Below, one piece after another: positions 56,553 through 64,000 of a stretch of DNA of 64,000 nt. The first letter of the stretch is position 1. Each line of letters begins with the position of its first letter. The position numbers were made by a program, and so were the translations under genes. The notes beneath the pieces were generated by a model that was given only the letters and a program-made list of their open reading frames with translations, did not search any database and was not told the DNA's origin. Where the stretch lies: sequence record MN871447.1. One strand, given 5' to 3'.

Positions 56553-59024
56553 TCAGTAAAATTCAGCCACGGTGTTGACACCGTCTTTAGGGTGACGGAA
56601 ATCAAAGTCAATGATGTCCGAGAAAGGCAAAGCGCCATGCGATACTGCGTGATGCGAAATCAAGAACACCTGTGAGAATCGCCCGTTCTCAACACCGCGT
56701 GTAATGAACTGCATCAGTCTCGCTTTGTGCTCAGGCGAAAGAGGGCGGTCGACTTCGTCTAAACAGAGTGGGACATTGTTCAGGTTCAGGTAGAGCATCG
56801 CTGTGATCTGAAACGCGAAATCAATGATCTTCTGTTGACCGTCTGACCCAGTCCGCATATCCGGTACAATGTAATCGTCGGAGTCATGGAGACGTAACGG
56901 GAACTCGTACGACAGATCACTGTCGTTTGGCTTCCCAATTAACAGTTCCATCGAATGCGTCCAGATATCCGCAATGACTTCGTTGACCTGACCGATAAAG
57001 ACTTTGATAAATTCGTTCATCTGCTCGGCCACTGCCCCTGACTTTGGTGACAGTGTCCCAACCAACAGACGGTAACAATCCACTTTCTCTTTTTGTTTCT
57101 CCAGTTGTTTCCGGGTATCGTTAATCTGGTCTTCCAGTGTCTTGGCATCATTAAGGGTTTTGGTCAATGTGCCAATATGACCCTGTAAGTCCTGAATGAG
57201 CAGTAAACGGGTTTCGTTGAACAAGTATTGAATACCACTGACAGTATCCTTGACCAGTTTTTCGTAGTTACCCGTGACTGCCTCGACAGCGTTGGTATAT
57301 TGGTCAGCCAGATTCAACCCTCTTTCGTAGAGTTTTCCTTCCTCTTTAGAACGCGCTAATTCGCTATAGATGTCCTCCAGCGTCTCTTTGACTTTGACGA
57401 AACGTACTCTGACTCCATCAATCCCGGTGACGACGTTCTCTTGTAATTGCGAAAGCACTAATTGCGCTTCTCGTAATTTATTTTTTGCCCGATATACCTC
57501 AAGGTGTTTTTCCAGGTCTTCTTTGAGTAACAACATCACCTGGACGGCTCGTAACGGTTCGTCTTTTAACGTGACTTGTTTATCCAATTGAGCAAAAAGA
57601 CCTTTGGCGGCAGGGGCTTGGTTCCGCAGTCCTATCAAATTACGGTACTGGGACAACCACTGTTCAACCTCTTCAATGTTCCGTTGGTTTTCGGCAATGG
57701 CCTTTTCACCCTGTATCATGCTCTCCTTGAGTTCCTCTGCCTGCTTAGTTAACCGCGGACGAGAGTCCGAAGACACTCCAGGGATAAACTGAAAACGACA
57801 TTGTGGACACTGAACTTCTTTCCCTTGGTTGATGTGGTCAATCTGCTCTAACGTTTGCGCGTACTTAGCAGAGAGGCTATTGTAATGCTCCTGGAAACGT
57901 TGGCGGTTATTCAAGAGTATTTCGTAGCCTTGTCGAGTAAACCGTCCTTCTGGGTCAGGTTGAATTTCCGTCAGGGTTTTTGACCACTCCGGGAAGATCA
58001 TGGCGAGTTGCTCTAACGCCATTTCCAGAGTGGTCTCTTCGATGACCATTTCTGGGGCGTAAAGTTTCTCCAGTGATGCCTGTTGAAACTGCCGATCCCA
58101 ATGATTCACTTCGTTACGCAACCGTGCTAAGTTTTCTTCACTGGCGTCAGCATTCCGTTTTAGTATCAGTTCCAGTTCGTCATATTCTTCCTGTAATGCC
58201 TTCTTACGCGTTTCTAAACCAAAGACATACTCTTTTAGCTTATTGATCTTTTCAAGCCACAGAGAGCGATTGGTGGCGTTTAACGGGGTATCTGGTAATT
58301 GTTTTAAGGTTTCTTTTATTTGTTGGGGCAATTGTTGCCACTGGTACTGGATTCCGGCGGAGTCTTGACTGCGGTTTTGCTCCTCATTGTAATCCTTTAA
58401 TACCTCAGTAACGATACTTTGGTATTCCGTCAGACGAGCGGTAAGAGTGGCTCTCTCGTCGTCAGACATTCGTTGGGTTTCTTTTTCTGCTAACGACTCC
58501 TCCAGCGCATTAACTGCACCGATAGAGTGTGACAGTTTCTTTCTGGCTTTACCGAATAATGAGTTAGCGAACGACATATCGGAATCGGCCAAGGCAGTTA
58601 ATACTTCCTGACGTTTTGCCGCACCGGCACCAGAGAATGAGAACTGTCCTGCCTGGATCATCGCGGAGAGTTTATCAACCGCCAGATATTTCTGCACCAG
58701 ATCTTTTTGAACGGTAGAAGTTCCGCCATCGTTCAGGTTTTCCCCGTTCAACCAAAACTCGTGTTTAACATCACTGCCGACAATGGTTTTCGTTTCAATT
58801 AACCCGTGATCAGTTTCTAACAAAAGGCGAGAGAAACCATTTTTATCGAACATGTTAGACGCAGAAGGGAAAGCCGTGATTTCGTCCAAGAGTGCAGATT
58901 TCCCAAAACCGTTGGGGCCGATGATAATTTGATAAGGACTTTTTGGTTTGTAAAGGATACGCTCAATCAACCCGGATCGCAGGCGCTTGTTATGAGAAAT
59001 TTCGGTTTCAATCACTTTGATCAT
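56553..59024 (-). CDS. sbcC: SbcC/Rad50-like SMC-family ATPase (phiKZ gp165-like)
   Basis: Walker A GPNGFGKS, CPQC zinc hook within a coiled coil, signature-like GSDGQ, Walker B LDEVD and H-loop ISH. Confidence 0.88.
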   Translation of the reverse strand: MIKVIETEISHNKRLRSGLIERILYKPKSPYQIIIGPNGFGKSALLDEITAFPSASNMFDKNGFSRLLLETDHGLIETKTIVGSDVKHEFWLNGENLNDGGTSTVQKDLVQKYLAVDKLSAMIQAGQFSFSGAGAAKRQEVLTALADSDMSFANSLFGKARKKLSHSIGAVNALEESLAEKETQRMSDDERATLTARLTEYQSIVTEVLKDYNEEQNRSQDSAGIQYQWQQLPQQIKETLKQLPDTPLNATNRSLWLEKINKLKEYVFGLETRKKALQEEYDELELILKRNADASEENLARLRNEVNHWDRQFQQASLEKLYAPEMVIEETTLEMALEQLAMIFPEWSKTLTEIQPDPEGRFTRQGYEILLNNRQRFQEHYNSLSAKYAQTLEQIDHINQGKEVQCPQCRFQFIPGVSSDSRPRLTKQAEELKESMIQGEKAIAENQRNIEEVEQWLSQYRNLIGLRNQAPAAKGLFAQLDKQVTLKDEPLRAVQVMLLLKEDLEKHLEVYRAKNKLREAQLVLSQLQENVVTGIDGVRVRFVKVKETLEDIYSELARSKEEGKLYERGLNLADQYTNAVEAVTGNYEKLVKDTVSGIQYLFNETRLLLIQDLQGHIGTLTKTLNDAKTLEDQINDTRKQLEKQKEKVDCYRLLVGTLSPKSGAVAEQMNEFIKVFIGQVNEVIADIWTHSMELLIGKPNDSDLSYEFPLRLHDSDDYIVPDMRTGSDGQQKIIDFAFQITAMLYLNLNNVPLCLDEVDRPLSPEHKARLMQFITRGVENGRFSQVFLISHHAVSHGALPFSDIIDFDFRHPKDGVNTVAEFY

Positions 59025-59095
59025 TTATTCGTACCGTAACAAAAAGTGGACTCTATTACAATAGCCGGAAAAGTGAAAAATAATAAGGGGACTTA

Positions 59096-60085
59096 ATGAA
59101 CAACCACGATATCGTCGAGAGGACGTTTGGCATCGTTGCCGAGAATAAACCCCTAGGACAAAACAACATTTTAGTCTGGGCTCACCAGAAGACACCGTGG
59201 ATGCAAGGGGACGTACAAAGCCAGTTACAGAAACTTACTGTTGAGAGCGTCGATGCTTCGGGGAAAAAGATTGAAGCTACTGCGGTGACCGACACCGCGA
59301 TCGAAGCTCAGTGGCGACCAGTGGACAGCAGTTGGAGTACTGCCCCTGATGTTCAGCGTGGCGAGGTAGTAGAACTGATTCGTTACGCAGACATGAATAC
59401 CTACTACTGGCGTGAACGTGGTGACGGTGCGGTTGCCAGACGACTCGAAACCAAACGGCTGTTGGTCTCTGCGAATCGAGAAGCAGGTGTCCCTAGTCCT
59501 GACACCCATTACATGATTGAAATCTCCGGTCATACCGGCGCGATCAATATCACCACCTCAAAAGCCAATGGCGAGATCAGTAAATACCATATCACTTTGA
59601 ATGGGGCGGGGGGTGCGATTAGTCTTGGTGATGATGAAGGGAACGAGTTTTATCTTGAGACTAAAGAGAAGCTTATTCGTACCCGAAACAGCTCAGGATC
59701 AATGGTGGAGATGAGTGACAAGAAAATTGGCGTCTTTTGCTTAGAGGATTTGATTCTGGTTGGTAAAGAAAAAATCATCATGCAAGCGGAAAATATTCTG
59801 ATTGAGGCGACGGAGAATTTGGAAGTAGAGGCAGGAAAAAGGATCGCGTTGACTGCCGGGGAGCGGTTTGATACAACTGCGCCGATTATTGCCTTGAACG
59901 GCGCTATCCAATTAAACGGACCGATCAGTCAAGAAACGACAGACAGTAACTACGATGCAACGTTGAAAGGTACTGTGACCACCACTGTGGACGTTATTGC
60001 CGCGGGCGTGAGTCTGGTTAAACACCCGCACAAAGGCGTGGAAAGAGGTAACGACGAATCGGGAGCACCGGTACCAACAGCATAA
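59096..60085 (+). CDS. Baseplate central spike (phiKZ gp164 / P2 gpV-like)
   Basis: OB-fold-like N-terminus (PDVQRGEVV), beta-prism repeats and C-terminal GVSLVKHPH with the HxH metal motif. Confidence 0.75.
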   Translation: MNNHDIVERTFGIVAENKPLGQNNILVWAHQKTPWMQGDVQSQLQKLTVESVDASGKKIEATAVTDTAIEAQWRPVDSSWSTAPDVQRGEVVELIRYADMNTYYWRERGDGAVARRLETKRLLVSANREAGVPSPDTHYMIEISGHTGAINITTSKANGEISKYHITLNGAGGAISLGDDEGNEFYLETKEKLIRTRNSSGSMVEMSDKKIGVFCLEDLILVGKEKIIMQAENILIEATENLEVEAGKRIALTAGERFDTTAPIIALNGAIQLNGPISQETTDSNYDATLKGTVTTTVDVIAAGVSLVKHPHKGVERGNDESGAPVPTA

Positions 60086-60123
60086 AAGGAGACTGGAGGA
60101 CGAAAGTCCTCCAGTCTGTGATG

Positions 60124-60654
60124 TCAACCGTAAATCACATCCACTAATGTAATGTTACGCAAGTTCTTTCCGTCACCTTTGTCAGATCCACCGCCGTATG
60201 CCCAGACTGTGATTCTTTCACCGGCCGCGAATGAACACGGTAAAACAGGGGAACGTTTTACCCCGGAACCCGACGGGGCATCCCAGGACCAATCACCCGG
60301 CCGAGTTTGGTTCGCACCGTACTTACCACCGGAACCATGCCAACCACCCTGGTTACCGTCGAGGGTAATATCGATGACCACGCCCACGACTCGTTTCGCT
60401 GTCGGGAGATCCCAATACGTGGAGTAAACCGAGTTACCCCAAAGAACCCCGCCGATAGAACCGCTTCGTCCACCTTCGTGCGTGCTGTTCCAGAAACTCT
60501 GCGGAAGATCAATCTTATCCCACAGCGGTTGCCACACGCCACCATTAACTACCCAGGCATTATCAACACGATGCCAACTTCCGCCGTTAACGATCCACGG
60601 AAGATCAACACCACGCCAGCCGCCACCATTGACTAATCTAGGGTAACTACGCAT
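60124..60654 (-). CDS. Small tail-fibre-associated protein
   Basis: Triple VNGGxW repeat at the N-terminus, then a beta-sandwich-like region. Confidence 0.6.
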   Translation of the reverse strand: MRSYPRLVNGGGWRGVDLPWIVNGGSWHRVDNAWVVNGGVWQPLWDKIDLPQSFWNSTHEGGRSGSIGGVLWGNSVYSTYWDLPTAKRVVGVVIDITLDGNQGGWHGSGGKYGANQTRPGDWSWDAPSGSGVKRSPVLPCSFAAGERITVWAYGGGSDKGDGKNLRNITLVDVIYG

Positions 60655-60667
60655 TTACTCTACCCCC

Positions 60668-62023
60668 TTAGAAAAGTTTATACCAGATGTGGCCTTCACG
60701 ATATCCCGATGTACTACCAGGCGGGGTGCTGTAAGAGAACGTACGGTAACCATCTGTGTAACGTCGAATACTGTACGGCGTGGCGAAGACGCTCCCGGCG
60801 TTACCATCATAGTTTTCCTGATCGGTAGCTTCTCGCCAGTTCGGGACACTTCCTAAACCCACTTGCGCTTTAGTAACGCTGTGAGGGTTAGACTTATTAT
60901 TCGCGTGCGAGGCAATATTCGGATCCGGTTGATTCGTGGTGTGTACGCGACCCATTGAGGTGTTGTCAACCTGCGCTAAAATTTGCGTGCCGTCCCACCC
61001 AATACGAATTGTGTTGGTTAACATGTTCGTGCCGCCACCACGAATTACCTGCGCATTATTCGTCACGTTACCTAACCCGACTTGGGCGGCAGTGGTGTTA
61101 TGCGGGTTACTGGTGTTTTGTACGTGGCTCGTTATGGTTGGAGTGACGTTGGTCGCAATGTACTTAGTGATCTGCTGGATCCCGCGTAAAGGGGTCATAA
61201 TCACGTTCAGTGCTGTGCCAGCTTCCGCCTCATCCTGCGTCGCGGGACGATAGTTCTCAACTGCCCCCAGCCCCACTTGTGCCTTGGTAACTTTATGGGG
61301 ATTGCTAACATCGTCGATATGCGTGGTCAAATTCGTTTGAACACCATTGATGCTGTTAATCACCCCGTCAATCCGATTATCTAAACGCTCAATTTCTGCG
61401 TAAAGATCTGTATCGGTCTGGTGCAGGGCATCGAGATTATCGTCGAGGTACGCTTTGATACGGTCGATGTAGTTGTAAAGAACATCATGCGAAGAAACGT
61501 CACCGGTATAGGCCGCCTGAACCAATTCTTCTAAGGCCAACACCACGTACTCAAGACCGTAAAGGTCAGTCGCGGAGTGAAGGTGTTTAGACGGGTTAAA
61601 CTCAATCGGTTTACCGAGAATGGCGTCCCACGTCACCGCACGGTTGTCCTGCTGTAGATCAGAGATCAACTGAACAAGGACATCGCGGGCAGTGGTGTAG
61701 GGACCCCCTACACATTGGTAAGTCAGATAGACTGCGGTCACGTTAGCGTTGAGAATTTGTACGATCGTACAAATAGGTTTACCGATTTCCAATTCCGCTT
61801 CTTGGTACGGATAAAGGATTTTATAATCGGTATTCAGGGTCAACACTGCGCCCGTGGCCTGATCGACCACAACCATGCTCTTGGTAAAGAATGCGCCAGC
61901 GTAAGGCGCAATGGCGCGATAAACTTCGCGCCCTACCGTACGTGCCTCGTTGATAATTTTATTACTCGCTGCGGCGCCTGTCCGATCAAGCGGGTATTTC
62001 AAAGCTGCCGTACTTACTGTCAT
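60668..62023 (-). CDS. Tail fibre/baseplate structural protein with NPHxVTxAQVGLG repeats
   Basis: KYPLDRTGAAASNKI N-terminus, three NPH..AQVGLG repeats and C-terminal EGHIWYK. Confidence 0.75.
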   Translation of the reverse strand: MTVSTAALKYPLDRTGAAASNKIINEARTVGREVYRAIAPYAGAFFTKSMVVVDQATGAVLTLNTDYKILYPYQEAELEIGKPICTIVQILNANVTAVYLTYQCVGGPYTTARDVLVQLISDLQQDNRAVTWDAILGKPIEFNPSKHLHSATDLYGLEYVVLALEELVQAAYTGDVSSHDVLYNYIDRIKAYLDDNLDALHQTDTDLYAEIERLDNRIDGVINSINGVQTNLTTHIDDVSNPHKVTKAQVGLGAVENYRPATQDEAEAGTALNVIMTPLRGIQQITKYIATNVTPTITSHVQNTSNPHNTTAAQVGLGNVTNNAQVIRGGGTNMLTNTIRIGWDGTQILAQVDNTSMGRVHTTNQPDPNIASHANNKSNPHSVTKAQVGLGSVPNWREATDQENYDGNAGSVFATPYSIRRYTDGYRTFSYSTPPGSTSGYREGHIWYKLF

Positions 62024-62035
62024 TTTAAACCTCGC

Positions 62036-64000
62036 TTAAAGGGAAGTCGGTGGATTCAGGACCGCAAATTGATTGTTGGGTAAAGGCATGAAAACTTCTT
62101 TGGACCCTAAGTTACAAATAGTACGTCCTACGCGCAGATCGGTGTCCAACGTAGTCATGTCAGCGGTTTCGTCGATCGCCCAAGCGGAACCGGAATATTT
62201 ATAACTTTGACGAGAGATCACATCGACAATACTATAAACCAAACCACCGAAGGTAGTAGGCGTAAAGATCAGCGAATCTTTACCATTGACGATAAACCCA
62301 CCCATGTTCGCAAAAGCGGATGAACTGAAGGTCACCGAACTCACGTCAACCGTGACGGTCGTAGAGGCTACGGTCACGGACATACTGGTCCCGGATTTCG
62401 TACAGGTAACCTGAATAGAGGAACCCGTTAACGCCGCGATTGCAACGTCACTTCCTTTGGTCCAAGTACCGGCGATATACGTACCGAGATAGACCGCACC
62501 GTTTTTAAAGAAGATACCGGCGTAATTATCATTACCGCTAGTGTCTTGATAGTAACCGAAAATAAACCCAGGTACTGAAGTACCCGTCGCCACATCGACA
62601 TACCCTTTCTGGGAGTAAGTAGAAGGCGCCGCAATCAACAATGCCGATACTTTATCCGCGGCCTGTAACGGAGAAGTCAACGTACGCAGGGTAGCATCCC
62701 ACGTTTTGTTAATCCCCGTTGAATGCGTTACCGCCGCATCGAGTAGCCCGCCGGCCGGGAACCCGGCCGTGAGTTTAGCGATATAACTCGGCTGGCAGGA
62801 ATAATCACGAACGATTACGTTGTTCTTAATAGCCGTCACCACACCTGCGGGATCGACGTATTTCTGAGTGACGGTACCGGCGGCGTTCTCTGCACTTGAG
62901 GCAAAGCCGGCATTAACCACGTTTCCTAAGCCTACATCCGCTGCCGTTAAGTTAGTCCCTTGTTCAATCGCTTGGTCGACATAAATTTTCGCAGCATTGG
63001 TCCACCAATACGCAATTCCCGCTGGAGTGGTATAGAGGTTGGCGGCAGTCCCTAAAACGGTTTGGTCGTTCGTTGCCGTTCCGTAGTTCTGAACGTTACC
63101 TAACCCGACTTGCGCCGCGGTCACACTGTGCGGATTATTTTTATCCAGTAAGTGCGCTGCCAGCGGTTGGTCAGTTGAGTTTGTCAACATCAGGTTGGCC
63201 AGATACGGGGTCAGTAAAGTCGTTTTACTCACACCCGCTAACGCTTCTTCTTCCGTTGCTGTGGTGTAGTTAGGGACATTCCCCAAGCCCACTTGTGCTT
63301 TAGTGACGCCATGCGGGTTATTAGTGTTCGTGGTGTGGAACTCCATGATACCCGGAACCAGCGCGTTTGCCAGAATCCTGCCGCCCGACGGGGTCAGGTA
63401 CAGGTTATCCGCTACCCCTGCCGAAGATTCGAGGGTGTTCGCAACACGGTAGTTTTGTACCAGATCTAACCCAACTTGGGCTTTATTCACCTTGTGCGGG
63501 TTACTGTCGTCGTTCTCGTGCGCTTCCAGTAACGGCAAGTAAATTGCCTGGAATTGCTGAGACGTTCTTAAAGACGTCATGTAGTACGTATTATCTGTAC
63601 CGCCTTCTGCCTGCTCTTTATTCGCCGGAACCAGATTACCCAGATCGTCAATACCCAAATCGGCCAATGTGATTTTGTGTGGGTTGTTGTGGTCGGCAAT
63701 GTGTTCTAGCAAAGATTGCATGGCTTTATTAAAGCCGGCAGATTGTGCATCAGAAAGCGAATAGATCGCAGAAATCACTTCGCTGAAGCCCGTCATGTCA
63801 TCAACGTCATGACGGTGGGCGATAGTCGGGAATTCCGTTGGGAGATCAACCACGGCACCCCATTGCAAGGAACGCGGGTCTTGCGCTTTGTTCGCCATGA
63901 GCTGGAGAATTTTATTCTCGTCTAAACAGAATTCTCCCCCTAGGGTGTGGTATTCAATTTCGATATTGGCGCTGAGTGATTTATCGTTAAAGACAATCGC
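62036..64000 (-). CDS. Tail fibre structural protein, paralog of 60668..62023 (5' end outside the window)
   Basis: The frame stays open upstream of the track start to the window edge (AIVFNDKSLSANIEIEYHTLGGEF...), aligning with YLTYQCVGGPY...W..I...P..F of the paralog. Four NPH repeats plus one partial. Confidence 0.78.
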   Translation of the reverse strand, partial: AIVFNDKSLSANIEIEYHTLGGEFCLDENKILQLMANKAQDPRSLQWGAVVDLPTEFPTIAHRHDVDDMTGFSEVISAIYSLSDAQSAGFNKAMQSLLEHIADHNNPHKITLADLGIDDLGNLVPANKEQAEGGTDNTYYMTSLRTSQQFQAIYLPLLEAHENDDSNPHKVNKAQVGLDLVQNYRVANTLESSAGVADNLYLTPSGGRILANALVPGIMEFHTTNTNNPHGVTKAQVGLGNVPNYTTATEEEALAGVSKTTLLTPYLANLMLTNSTDQPLAAHLLDKNNPHSVTAAQVGLGNVQNYGTATNDQTVLGTAANLYTTPAGIAYWWTNAAKIYVDQAIEQGTNLTAADVGLGNVVNAGFASSAENAAGTVTQKYVDPAGVVTAIKNNVIVRDYSCQPSYIAKLTAGFPAGGLLDAAVTHSTGINKTWDATLRTLTSPLQAADKVSALLIAAPSTYSQKGYVDVATGTSVPGFIFGYYQDTSGNDNYAGIFFKNGAVYLGTYIAGTWTKGSDVAIAALTGSSIQVTCTKSGTSMSVTVASTTVTVDVSSVTFSSSAFANMGGFIVNGKDSLIFTPTTFGGLVYSIVDVISRQSYKYSGSAWAIDETADMTTLDTDLRVGRTICNLGSKEVFMPLPNNQFAVLNPPTSL

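Noticed and set aside
55829-56638. 269-aa ORF overlapping the sbcC 3' end
   Set aside because: The true start is most likely 56470 (RBS and promoter motif lie between), so the overlap is an artefact. Similar over-extensions in the track were corrected for 3321, 5403, 8874, 23002 and 47402.
56553-59024. SbcC without a neighbouring SbcD
   Set aside because: Separated sbcC and sbcD genes are usual in phiKZ-like genomes; the partner probably lies outside the window.
60655-60670. Possible read-through or frameshift fusing the fibre to the VNGGxW gene
   Set aside because: The 13-nt gap is out of frame, contains a clear RBS (GGGGGT) and has no slippery heptamer.
1-64000. Claim that the phage is nucleus-forming, or uses a recoded genetic code
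   Set aside because: Chimallin and PhuZ are not in this window, so nucleus formation is only expected from relatedness. Long genes read through in the standard code.

Overview
A segment of a phiKZ/SPN3US-like jumbo myophage genome (Chimalliviridae-type, probably with an enterobacterial host). No host or plasmid DNA is evident. From 1 to 17.4 kb lies a divergently arranged bank of at least eight receptor-binding proteins: beta-helix tailspikes/depolymerases plus one non-enzymatic fibre. Six share a ~100-aa 'KISEL' N-terminal anchor, and five are preceded by a repeated hairpin + TATG late-promoter cassette. From 17.4 to 22 kb are a putative adaptor and small early or hypothetical genes. From 22 to 41 kb is the conserved phiKZ-like head/tail block: prohead protease, an extra ADP-ribosyltransferase-like gene, virion RNAP beta'C, beta and beta'N (with the DFDGD motif), the tape-measure/lytic transglycosylase and a gp182-like protein. 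From 41 to 59 kb are a degenerate HNH protein, vRNAP betaC, SLOG, UvsX, RNase H, virion proteins and an SbcC ATPase. From 59 to 64 kb are the central spike and repeat-rich fibre proteins. The strongest novelty candidate is a hybrid branched tailspike system: a phage-specific anchor family, Ackermannviridae TSP4-like XD docking domains and a TSP3-like spike next door. The second is a possibly head-packaged ART-like protein inserted in the protease/vRNAP operon. All homology calls come from motifs recognised by eye and recalled family knowledge; no searches were run. I found no tRNA, rRNA, CRISPR array, integrase or chimallin gene in this window.
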